This document shows, piece after piece, positions 8,544 through 16,782 of a DNA stretch of 27,096 nt. Position 1 is the first letter of the stretch. Each line of letters opens with the position of its first letter. Source of the DNA: a virus (taxonomy: Duplodnaviria > Caudoviricetes); the IMG/VR virus record IMGVR_UViG_3300027804_000191, positions 1 to 27,096 of that record; one strand, written 5' to 3'. Both the position numbers and the translations under genes were made by a program. The notes below the pieces were generated by a model, which did not search any database, had not been told where the DNA came from, and worked only from the letters and a program-made list of their open reading frames with translations.

Positions 8544-9270
8544 AGTACCGGTCATTATGTTAGTGCTAGCTTCTGACAATCAAAAATTATATAAAGAATT
8601 TAGACGGGTATATGAAAGCTACCTAAATACTAACCCACTCATAAAAGTTTTTATGGTGTATGGTAATCCTGTAAGCTTCGATCCTCAATCGTATGATCTT
8701 TATTTTCCTTTCATAGAGGAAAATACATGGCCAGGAATGATTACTAAAACTATACGTGCTATGGAATATGTTAAACAACATTTTCAATATAAATTTTTAG
8801 TTCGGACTAACATTAGCACGTTTTGGGTTTTTAGTAAGTTATTGAAGCGTTTGGAAACATTACCGCTACATAACATGTATAGTGGTAGCTGTAGAACCTG
8901 TTTCTTAAATGGTGAAAAAACTCCTCTATATGTAAGTGGTACAGGTTTAATTCTAACCCCAGACTTAGTAAGTTTAATTATTCAACATCAAGAAAAAATT
9001 ATTAATCAGAATTTACCGGAAGATTATGCTATCAGTCAGTTTTTAAATTTTCAAGGTTATATACCTACACAAGCTAGTTTAAAACCTATGCATCTTCTAG
9101 AGCATCTTGAAAATTGTGAGCCCGTAATAGTTGCTAAAGAGATAGAAATAGCTGATAATTTAAATAAAGATCACTTTAGAATAAAGAATTATTGTAACCG
9201 AGAAAAAATTGATGTAAGTGTTGCAAAGATTTTACTAAAGCATTATTATAACAAAGATATGGTTCCTTAG
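8533..9270 (+). CDS. Putative glycosyltransferase (GT31-like), copy 2
   Basis: Paralog of the upstream gene: PGMITKT, RTNISTFW, YVSGTGLILT.D, EDY, HFRIKN. Its stop lies within tRNA-Asp. Confidence 0.6.
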   Translation: MKSEVPVIMLVLASDNQKLYKEFRRVYESYLNTNPLIKVFMVYGNPVSFDPQSYDLYFPFIEENTWPGMITKTIRAMEYVKQHFQYKFLVRTNISTFWVFSKLLKRLETLPLHNMYSGSCRTCFLNGEKTPLYVSGTGLILTPDLVSLIIQHQEKIINQNLPEDYAISQFLNFQGYIPTQASLKPMHLLEHLENCEPVIVAKEIEIADNLNKDHFRIKNYCNREKIDVSVAKILLKHYYNKDMVP

Positions 9271-9335
9271 TATATCGGTTAGTATAGCGGCTTGTCACGC
9301 CGCAGGGACGGGTTCGACTCCCGTAGGGACCGCCA
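9261..9335 (+). tRNA. tRNA-Asp (GTC)
   Basis: Acceptor GGTTCCT/AGGGACC; anticodon arm GCGGC-TTGTCAC-GCCGC; GTTCGA T-loop; encoded CCA. Confidence 0.93.
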
Positions 9336-9433
9336 TATTGAAGCACATTCCTGCCGTATTGGTCTACGGTTCGAAAAGCGTTAGGACCTAGAGTAACCGC
9401 CTAGGGAGTTTGATGAGTGTGTTTCAATATGGT
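9332..9433 (+). repeat. Long-stem RNA cassette, copy 1
   Basis: GCCATATTGAAGCACATTC (9332-9350) pairs with GAGTGTGTTTCAATATGGT (9415-9433), enclosing 64 nt with internal hairpins. Confidence 0.7.
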
Positions 9434-9442
9434 AGCAATATC

Positions 9443-9552
9443 ATAACACGTGGCCATCAGCGTGTATAAAGGCGGCGAGTCTTAAACGAAGTCGGTGACG
9501 GGATAGGTAGAACAGTTACTCCGAAAATGTAACGCCGGATTTTGTAACCGGC
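9443..9552 (+). ncRNA. Candidate structured RNA between the two cassettes
   Basis: Hairpins ACACG/CGTGT, GTTAC/GTAAC and GCCGG/CCGGC; no ORF. Confidence 0.4.
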
Positions 9553-9556
9553 AATA

Positions 9557-9626
9557 ATATTGAAGCATATTCTATCAGGGCAGTATTGTTCAGCGGTTTA
9601 GAGCCGTGAGTATGTTTCAATATGGT
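9557..9626 (+). repeat. Long-stem RNA cassette, copy 2
   Basis: ATATTGAAGCATATTC (9557-9572) pairs with GAGTATGTTTCAATAT (9608-9623), followed by GGT as in copy 1; 35-nt unrelated interior. Confidence 0.7.
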
Positions 9627-9634
9627 TATTTTAT

Positions 9635-9712
9635 ATGAGGGTGCCTGAGTGGTCCAAAGGAGCAGTCTGCAAAACTGTAAAGCCATCGGTTCAAATCCGA
9701 TCCCTCATTCCA
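9635..9712 (+). tRNA. tRNA-Cys (GCA)
   Basis: ATGAGGG/CCCTCAT acceptor, U73, CCA; GCAGT-CTGCAAA-ACTGT anticodon arm. Confidence 0.9.
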
Positions 9713-9716
9713 GTAT

Positions 9717-9790
9717 CTCGGATTGGTGAAATGGAATCATTCGTGCTTTGGGAGCATGAGGCGCAAGTTCGATTCTTGCATCCGAGACCA
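9717..9790 (+). tRNA. tRNA-Pro (TGG)
   Basis: CTCGGAT/ATCCGAG acceptor, ACCA; CGTGC-TTTGGGA-GCATG anticodon arm. Confidence 0.92.
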
Positions 9791-9796
9791 GTTAAT

Positions 9797-9871
9797 TCCA
9801 GAGTAGCTCAGTGGTAGAGCAGGACGCTGTTAACGTCTTGGTCGGGAGTTCGAACCTCTCCTCTGGAGCCA
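9797..9871 (+). tRNA. tRNA-Asn (GTT)
   Basis: TCCAGAG/CTCTGGA acceptor, GCCA; GGACG-CTGTTAA-CGTCT anticodon arm. Confidence 0.95.
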
Positions 9872-9876
9872 GACAT

Positions 9877-9958
9877 GGTGAAGATGCTCTAATGGTAGGG
9901 CAGCGGGCTGTAAACCCGTGGCTTCGGCAAGTAGGTTCGATCCCTACCTTCACCACCA
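9877..9958 (+). tRNA. tRNA-Tyr (GTA)
   Basis: GGTGAAG/CTTCACC acceptor, ACCA; GCGGG-CTGTAAA-CCCGT anticodon arm; long variable arm with TTCG loop. Confidence 0.95.
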
Positions 9959-9962
9959 GATC

Positions 9963-10150
9963 CCCGGACCTATGTCGGTTATCATAGGCGCGACAAGACC
10001 AGCGTTAGGAGTCTTAGGTTTCTTTTTTCCTCCCTCCGGGCCATTCATCCGGCAGGGTAAAACAAAAGATACGACCGTGTCATCGGATACACAAGACACT
10101 GGACAGGGCAATACCTCAGGTTGGGGCTAGTGGGAACTAGTAGCCAACCA
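9963..10150 (+). ncRNA. Candidate structured ncRNA(s) between tRNA-Tyr and tRNA-Thr
   Basis: Multi-stem domain closed by CCCGGA/TCCGGG then CCA; second domain with GTGTC/GACAC and a terminal GGTTGG/CCAACC hairpin ending in CCA. Confidence 0.5.
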
Positions 10151-10155
10151 AATTC

Positions 10156-10229
10156 GCCCTTTTAGTTTAATGGTAGAGCGCCGGTTTTGTAATCCGGAAG
10201 TGGCAGTTCGATTCTGTCAAAGGGCACCA
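10156..10229 (+). tRNA. tRNA-Thr (TGT)
   Basis: GCCCTTT/AAAGGGC acceptor, ACCA; CCGGT-TTTGTAA-TCCGG anticodon arm. Confidence 0.93.
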
Positions 10230-10242
10230 CAAGGAGAACAAC

Positions 10243-10788
10243 ATGCCAGCAACATGGCTCATATCAGATACCCATTTCGGGCATAATAAAACCTGCACAG
10301 TTTTTAAGCGTGATGATGGGTCACCTCTTCGTCCTTTCAAAGATGCAGAAGAAATGGATGAAGAACTAGTCAAGCGTTGGAACGAACGAGTAAGCAAGAA
10401 TGACAAAGTATACCATCTTGGTGATGTAGTTATTGCAAGAAAATCACTTGCTATTCTTGATCGTCTTAATGGTGATAAGGTTCTCATAAAAGGTAACCAT
10501 GATATCTTTAAACTTAACGACTATACTAAGTACTTTAGAGATATTAGAGGTTACCATGTAATGTCCGGTCTTATACTCAGCCATGTTCCAATACATCGGG
10601 ATAGCATTGAGCGGTTTGGTTGTAACGTGCACGGGCATCTTCACTATAGGCGTGTTTTATTAAACGGAGAGATAGATTCGAAATACTTTAACGTAAGTGT
10701 GGAGTGTATTGACTATGCCCCTATCTTGTTAGAAGATCTTAAAAAGAAGATTGTAGAGCAAGATAAATTTATGGAAATATCTACCTAA
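10243..10788 (+). CDS. Calcineurin-like metallophosphoesterase
   Basis: SDTHFGH, LGD, GNHD, SH.P and HGHLH motifs; AGGAG RBS. Confidence 0.92.
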   Translation: MPATWLISDTHFGHNKTCTVFKRDDGSPLRPFKDAEEMDEELVKRWNERVSKNDKVYHLGDVVIARKSLAILDRLNGDKVLIKGNHDIFKLNDYTKYFRDIRGYHVMSGLILSHVPIHRDSIERFGCNVHGHLHYRRVLLNGEIDSKYFNVSVECIDYAPILLEDLKKKIVEQDKFMEIST

Positions 10789-10828
10789 ATAAAGCGCCTA
10801 GTCTCATTTTCGTTATGAAAGGGTGAAT

Positions 10829-11512
10829 ATGAAAATAGAAATACATTCCCTGCATTGGGATAATGTTAATACCCATATGCTTAATGCCCATAAACGGGTC
10901 ATGCATCATGCTAACATACCTATTAATTACCATCACTTAAATGGTGTTAATCACGGTAAATGGATGGAAGCAGTTATTAAACAATCCCAGTCTGATGTGG
11001 TAGTTTTTTTTGAACCAGATTGCATACCGCTCAATATGAACTTTTACGAGTATGTGCGGTATGCACACCGTAATAAAACATTTGTAGGCATAGCTCAGGT
11101 AAGTAATCACATTCCTCCAAAAAGTCATATCTATGCCGCACCCGGTTTTTATTGTATTAGTAAAGAAGCTTATACTCGGTTGGGTAGTCCTTCTTTTACA
11201 GAAACTTACCGTTCGGATACTGCGGAAGAAATTTCATACCTGGCAGAAGAAAAAGGATTAAAATACCGCGCTTTAATGCCTACATACTTTTATAAAGAAC
11301 CTGAAGAAGGACTTTGGCCATTAGGTAACCTTGGTTATTATGGTATTGGTACTGTGTTCGATGATTCAATCTTCCATCTCTATCAGTCTCGCATGGCACA
11401 AAATGTTGATCTTTTTGTTGATATGTGTGATATGGTTTTAGAAGGTACGTTTAATACGGCCAACTTTCAAAAAGCTACTACTTTTAATTATTCTGGAAAC
11501 ATTGTTCGATGA
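10829..11512 (+). CDS. Putative GT-A fold glycosyltransferase-like protein
   Basis: HG.WM, VVFFEPDCIP (ExD in place of DxD), DTAE and IFHLYQSR; first gene of the glycan operon. Confidence 0.55.
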   Translation: MKIEIHSLHWDNVNTHMLNAHKRVMHHANIPINYHHLNGVNHGKWMEAVIKQSQSDVVVFFEPDCIPLNMNFYEYVRYAHRNKTFVGIAQVSNHIPPKSHIYAAPGFYCISKEAYTRLGSPSFTETYRSDTAEEISYLAEEKGLKYRALMPTYFYKEPEEGLWPLGNLGYYGIGTVFDDSIFHLYQSRMAQNVDLFVDMCDMVLEGTFNTANFQKATTFNYSGNIVR

Positions 11513-12462
11513 AAATCTTATTTCATACTAATACCTTGAACTATAGGGGTACAACAGTAGCTATTACCGACTATGCTAAGTATACTCGAGAAATTTTAGG
11601 ATTAGACCCGGTTATAGCTTATTGTAAAACTAACGGTCAAGAAAAAGACATGGGTAACGAACCTACCGTTATTGAATCGTTAGAAAAACAATTTGAAGTA
11701 ATAGGATATAGAGCAGGAGATCTAGAAAAAAAAATTGATCAACATAATATTGATTTAGCTTATTTTATTAATTCTGGTAAAAAAGAAGAGTTACCAGCTA
11801 ATTGTAAAACCGCTGTCCATGCTGTCTTTCAATTTTATGAACCACATGGTGATAGATATGCTTACATCTCAGAATGGTTATCTAAGCATATGACTAACGG
11901 TCAGGTACCCTTCGTCCCTCATATAGTTCATCTCCCCACACCAAATAAAAATTTCCGTGAACATTTAGGCATTCGACAAGATCAAATAGTTATCGGAAGG
12001 ATAGGGGGATATTATACCTTTGATTTGCCTTTTGTAAAAGATATGATTAGCAGGTTAGTTTATGAGACTGACCAGTTTGTATTTTTGTTTGTAGGCACGG
12101 AACCTTTTATAGACCACCCTCAGGTTAAATTTATTAATGAATTACATGAACCTCAAAAGAAAGCAAACTTTATTAATTCTTGTGATGCTATGTTACATGC
12201 TAGAACAAGAGGTGAAAGTTTTGGTTTATCTATAGCTGAGTTTCTATTCTTAAATAAACCAGTGTTTGCTTGGAGGGACGGTCACGATATGAATCATAGA
12301 GAGATGCTTCATGGTAGTGGTACTTTGTACGCAGATGCTATACAATTAAAGTCTCTACTTTTTAAAACTAAAGACTTTCAACAACAAGAAGACTGGAGTA
12401 CCAGAGTTAAACCATTTAATCCTACTGAGGTTATGATGAAATTTAAGGAAGTGTTTTTATGA
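11509..12462 (+). CDS. GT-B glycosyltransferase (GT4-like)
   Basis: RGT.VA..DYA, GRIGG..TFD and CDAMLHAR..GESFGLSIAEF (E-x7-E). Confidence 0.85.
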   Translation: MKILFHTNTLNYRGTTVAITDYAKYTREILGLDPVIAYCKTNGQEKDMGNEPTVIESLEKQFEVIGYRAGDLEKKIDQHNIDLAYFINSGKKEELPANCKTAVHAVFQFYEPHGDRYAYISEWLSKHMTNGQVPFVPHIVHLPTPNKNFREHLGIRQDQIVIGRIGGYYTFDLPFVKDMISRLVYETDQFVFLFVGTEPFIDHPQVKFINELHEPQKKANFINSCDAMLHARTRGESFGLSIAEFLFLNKPVFAWRDGHDMNHREMLHGSGTLYADAIQLKSLLFKTKDFQQQEDWSTRVKPFNPTEVMMKFKEVFL

Positions 12463-12926
12463 CACCCCATCTGGTTTTTAAACGAGTTACTACACTTGCC
12501 GAAGCGGAAATATTACGCACTATTCGAAATGATTGTAGGGAGTACATGACTCGAAGTACAAACTATATTACTACTGAGCAACAACATCAATGGTTTGTTG
12601 ATGCTCATAAAAAATATGAACTCTACATTGCCTATGCTATAGAACATGGTGCTGTAGTAGTTGATGCTGGTTTTGGTGTTATACATAAAAACGAACATGA
12701 GTTCTTACTTACCGGGGGATTATTAACTCCTTTCCGTGACCGTGGGTTGGGTAAGGTTGTATTTAAGTTTTTAATCGATCAGTGTACTAAAACTTTACCT
12801 ATACGATTAGAAGTTCTTAAATCTAATACACGTGCATTTAAAACTTACGAAGCTTTAAGCTTTAAAGTTACTGGAGAAAATGACCGTTTGTATTTTATGG
12901 AGTATCAATATGATTCCGTTATTTAA
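12459..12926 (+). CDS. GNAT family N-acetyltransferase (PseH-like)
   Basis: R..RN...M...IT.EQ..WF, RDRGLGK (R/QxxGxG) and LEVL..N.RA...YE.L.F. Confidence 0.8.
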   Translation: MTPHLVFKRVTTLAEAEILRTIRNDCREYMTRSTNYITTEQQHQWFVDAHKKYELYIAYAIEHGAVVVDAGFGVIHKNEHEFLLTGGLLTPFRDRGLGKVVFKFLIDQCTKTLPIRLEVLKSNTRAFKTYEALSFKVTGENDRLYFMEYQYDSVI

Positions 12927-13992
12927 AGTTAAAATGTCACCTACAGTTAATGATGCTGTAGGTAAGACATTACAGTCTGGATTTATAGGTCAAGGTCCAA
13001 GGGTGGAAGAGTTTGAAGATTTACTTCAAAAAGAATTGAGAACTAAAACAAGACCAGTTACAGTAAATTCATGTACATCAGCTATCGATCTTGCACTCGA
13101 ATTATGTAATGTAGATCGGTTCGGAGAAGTAATTGCCACACCACAAACATGTTTTGCTTCCAACGTACATATCATTCATCGACAAGCGAGAATAAGATGG
13201 GCGGATATTGACCCCATAACAGGTTTAATAGATCCTGCATCCGTCAAGAAATTAATTAATAATAAAACTAAAGCTATCGTTGCAGTTAACTGGGGAGGTA
13301 AATTTGCTGATTACGGTGCACTTAAATCATTCGGTATACCGGTTATAGAAGATGCTGCTCATACATGGGATTCATTCCTTAATAAAGATATTGAACGCGG
13401 AGATTACATTTGTTATAGTTTCCAGGCTATAAAATTTTTAACTACAGCTGACGGTGGTATGCTTATCTGTCCTTCTAATAAGGAACAAGATGCAAGAATT
13501 TTAAGATGGTATGGTTTAGATAGGACTAAGAACGAATCGTTTAGATGCACTCAAAACATAACTAAAGTAGGGTTTAAATATCATATGAATGATGTTAATG
13601 CTACTATAGGTATCGAAAACTTACCTCATGCTTCTATGAGTGTAAATTTAAGCAGGCTTAACAGTCGTTATTACTGTGAAAATGTTAACAATAAACTTTT
13701 AACCATTCCTAAATGGGATCCAAATAATTCATACTGGTTGTTTAGTATGCATGTCAAACCAGGTCTTAAAGATCATTTTACAAATTACTTAAGTAACCTT
13801 GGTATTTCATGTAGCCCGGTTCACTTTAGAAATGATCAGTACGATACAACTAGGCATTTTTACGACGGGCCTCTACCTGGAGTAGATAGGTTTACGGAAA
13901 CCCAAGTTTGTATACCGAACGGGTGGTGGTTAGATAATTGGGATGTTATTAAAATTGCAAAGGCGCTCAACGAATATAATTATGAATCGTGA
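12910..13992 (+). CDS. DegT/DnrJ/EryC1/StrS PLP-dependent NDP-sugar aminotransferase
   Basis: GP.VEEFE, NSCTSA, IEDAAH and SFQAIKFLTTADGG (PLP lysine). Start taken at ATG 12910. Confidence 0.92.
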   Translation: MIPLFKVKMSPTVNDAVGKTLQSGFIGQGPRVEEFEDLLQKELRTKTRPVTVNSCTSAIDLALELCNVDRFGEVIATPQTCFASNVHIIHRQARIRWADIDPITGLIDPASVKKLINNKTKAIVAVNWGGKFADYGALKSFGIPVIEDAAHTWDSFLNKDIERGDYICYSFQAIKFLTTADGGMLICPSNKEQDARILRWYGLDRTKNESFRCTQNITKVGFKYHMNDVNATIGIENLPHASMSVNLSRLNSRYYCENVNNKLLTIPKWDPNNSYWLFSMHVKPGLKDHFTNYLSNLGISCSPVHFRNDQYDTTRHFYDGPLPGVDRFTETQVCIPNGWWLDNWDVIKIAKALNEYNYES

Positions 13993-14875
13993 TAGAATTT
14001 TAATATTAGGTGGCTTTGGTTACATAGGGTCGTATATTTCTAAGCACCTACAAGCTCAAAAAATAGTACAGTTTGGTAATAGAGCTCAGGATTATAACAA
14101 ACTTACCCAGGAGTACTTACACCAGTTTGAATATATTATACTACTAGCCGGTCATTCAAGTGTGCAGTCATGCTTAGGTCCATTAAAGTCACCTTGGTTA
14201 AATAATGTAAGTAATTTTAAATGGTTGTTAAGTAACACATTACCATCTCAGAAAATAATCTACGCTAGTAGTTCTTCTGTTTATGGTGATAAGAATGTTA
14301 CAGTAGGGGTTGAGACAGATATTAGTCTGGATTATATTAATAACTACGATCTTACTAAAACTACATTAGACTTGTATGCCTTACAACAAATAAGCGCAGG
14401 GCGTAACTTGATAGGATTAAGGTTCGGTACTGTTAATGGTGCTTCACCTGTAATTAGAAAAGACCTAATGATTAATTCTATGGTCTTTAATGCACTAAGA
14501 GATAAGAAAATTTTTGTTACTAATAAACACGTTAGCAGACCTATTCTCTACATTGATGACCTAGCTCGCGCTATCAATGCAATCCTTAATAGTAAGACTG
14601 GATTTGTTTCTGGAATCTATAATCTAGCTTCTTTTAATTCTACTGTAGAAGTTATGGCAGAAGAAGTAAGACTTCAGACTAAAGCTGATATTGAATACTT
14701 ACCAGATAAACCTGGTGTTTATAACTTTGCTATATCTTCTTCTAAGTTTGCTTTAACTTATCACTTTCAGTTTTTAGGTACACCTAGTAAAGTGGTAAGC
14801 AGCGTGATAAACTGTTATAATAATGAAAAACCTGAAGTAGTTATTAGAAACGAATACTTTGAATATCACGGTTAA
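13982..14875 (+). CDS. NAD-dependent epimerase/dehydratase
   Basis: GGFGYIG, YASSSSVYG, YDLTK (YxxxK), LRFGTVNG and RP.L.I.D. Confidence 0.9.
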   Translation: MNRDRILILGGFGYIGSYISKHLQAQKIVQFGNRAQDYNKLTQEYLHQFEYIILLAGHSSVQSCLGPLKSPWLNNVSNFKWLLSNTLPSQKIIYASSSSVYGDKNVTVGVETDISLDYINNYDLTKTTLDLYALQQISAGRNLIGLRFGTVNGASPVIRKDLMINSMVFNALRDKKIFVTNKHVSRPILYIDDLARAINAILNSKTGFVSGIYNLASFNSTVEVMAEEVRLQTKADIEYLPDKPGVYNFAISSSKFALTYHFQFLGTPSKVVSSVINCYNNEKPEVVIRNEYFEYHG

Positions 14876-14876
14876 T

Positions 14877-15611
14877 ATGATAGACCATTTAATTGTTATT
14901 TACAGAAACTATGATCTAATCTCCCTGCAGGTAGATAATTTTAAAAAACGATTACCGTCTAATCAGTATAGATTAGTTATTGTGGATAATACCCCTGATA
15001 AGGAAAAAATACCTATAAAAACATCTAGCAGTAAGCATTTAATTTTACCTTTAACAAGCGAACCAACCTTTGATGGGGTATCGCATGGTCGTGCTATTGA
15101 TTATGGTTTACAATACTGTACTTCTCCAATAGTATCTATTATTGATTCGGATTTTTTTATACTTAATAATAATATACTAGATTATGTAAATAACAAGTTT
15201 CAAGAAGGCTATAGAGCGGTAGGTTGTGAATATAATGATGGTAAGGACACCAAGCAATGGGTTAATATCGACCCATCTAAGTTTGAAAACATACCTTGTT
15301 GCTTTGGTGCTTATTATGATATTGAACTTGCGCGCTCCGCATCCTGGGTTATTACAGAGCAAGAAGTAAATCAAGGTCGTAGTACAGGTTTTGTAGAGGT
15401 AGGTAGTAAAATAAGACGATATATATTAGACAATCAAGTTAAAACCTGTCATTGGAAAACAGACGCTACTGATTATGGTACCTGTTACTTTTACAATGAA
15501 GAAAAGAAACTCATGGGTGCTCATCTTGTGGCAGGTTCTCATCGTCGTTGGAATGAAAACTCTAAAATAGAGCTTGAGAGGATTATTCATGCAGATTACC
15601 AAGTATCTTAA
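14877..15611 (+). CDS. GT2-like glycosyltransferase
   Basis: VIVDN, SHG.AID.G and IIDSDFF (DxD). Confidence 0.7.
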   Translation: MIDHLIVIYRNYDLISLQVDNFKKRLPSNQYRLVIVDNTPDKEKIPIKTSSSKHLILPLTSEPTFDGVSHGRAIDYGLQYCTSPIVSIIDSDFFILNNNILDYVNNKFQEGYRAVGCEYNDGKDTKQWVNIDPSKFENIPCCFGAYYDIELARSASWVITEQEVNQGRSTGFVEVGSKIRRYILDNQVKTCHWKTDATDYGTCYFYNEEKKLMGAHLVAGSHRRWNENSKIELERIIHADYQVS

Positions 15612-16782
15612 TAGATGCCTATGTTGTGGTGAACGCAATCTAGAATTAGTACTTGATCTCAATAAACAGCCCCTTGCAAATAGTTACCTGCAAGATAGGA
15701 ACCACCCCCAGGATGAATTTCCTTTAGCAATCAATTACTGCAATGACTGCACACATATTCAACTAACTGAGGCTGTTGATCCTGATTTGCTTTTTAAAAA
15801 TTATTTGTATGTAAGTGGTACAACCCAAACTCTTAAGCAATATTTTAAAGATTTTGTAGATATAGTTGCGCGTTATAATTCTGGTAAAAAAGTTTTAGAT
15901 ATAGCGTGTAATGATGGAACTCAGTTAGATGCTTTTAAAGAACGTGGGTACGAAACATACGGTATTGATCCTGCTGAAAACTTACATGCATTAAGCTCTA
16001 AAAATCATAATGTCATATGCGACTATTTTAATGAGAGCTCTATTCTAAAGTTTGACGACTATCGTGATAAGTTTGATGTGGTTATAGCACAGAACGTTTT
16101 TGCCCATAACTCTTACCCTAAAGAGTTTTTAGAATGTTGTAAGAAAGTACTTTCACACACTGGTCATTTGTTTATCCAAACATCTCAAGCAGAAATGGTA
16201 TCAGAAAATCAATTTGATACCATCTACCATGAACATATCTCATTCTTTTCTATTAATTCTATGCGAAACCTAGTCAGGCGTGCAGGTTTGTATATTAAAG
16301 ATGTAATTAAAACACCAGTACATGGAAGCAGCTTCGTATTTGTTCTATCTAAATGGGGACCTGATAACTCTTCACAATTTTTAAGTCGGGATAACTTACT
16401 TACGCCTTTTAGAATGAAACAGTATGCATTAAACTGTATAGGTATAGCAGCAGAAACAAGAGGTGTTATTAATGCTTTAAGACAGTTAGGTCACACCGTA
16501 ATAGGGTATGGAGCCGCAGCTAAGGGTAATACTTTTATTAACTTTTCTAAATTTAGTTTAGATTATATCGTAGATGATAACCCGTTAAAGCACTATCTAT
16601 ACACCCCAGGTTCACGAATACCTATTCTGCCTCCTGAAACTATTAAAAAAGAACGAAAGCATATCTATGTAGTTCCTTTAGCATGGAATTTTTTTGATGA
16701 AATAAAAAATAAAGTTTCTTCTATGAATAAGGATGTAACCTACATTAAGTACTTCCCTACTGTTGAGTTAATATATGCGTAA
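15589..16782 (+). CDS. NDP-hexose C-methyltransferase (SAM-dependent, Zn-binding; TcaB9-like)
   Basis: CLCC...LDL..QPLAN...CNDC, DIACNDG, QFDTIYHEH.SFFS, HG.S, GYGAAAKG, VDDNPLK and LAWNF. Confidence 0.9.
   Translation: MQITKYLNRCLCCGERNLELVLDLNKQPLANSYLQDRNHPQDEFPLAINYCNDCTHIQLTEAVDPDLLFKNYLYVSGTTQTLKQYFKDFVDIVARYNSGKKVLDIACNDGTQLDAFKERGYETYGIDPAENLHALSSKNHNVICDYFNESSILKFDDYRDKFDVVIAQNVFAHNSYPKEFLECCKKVLSHTGHLFIQTSQAEMVSENQFDTIYHEHISFFSINSMRNLVRRAGLYIKDVIKTPVHGSSFVFVLSKWGPDNSSQFLSRDNLLTPFRMKQYALNCIGIAAETRGVINALRQLGHTVIGYGAAAKGNTFINFSKFSLDYIVDDNPLKHYLYTPGSRIPILPPETIKKERKHIYVVPLAWNFFDEIKNKVSSMNKDVTYIKYFPTVELIYA

Noticed and set aside
9332-9626. CRISPR array or insertion sequence reading of the repeats
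   Set aside because: Only two units, arms are inverted pairs with G-U wobbles, spacing is irregular, and no cas gene, transposase or target-site duplication is visible.
9959-10060. Theta (HDV-like) ribozyme after tRNA-Tyr
   Set aside because: Could not map P1/P1.1/P3 or the catalytic C motif; kept only as a generic structured RNA.
9635-10130. ORF-track ORFs 9635-9817 and 9918-10130
   Set aside because: They overlap clear tRNA genes and structured RNA; translations are spurious.
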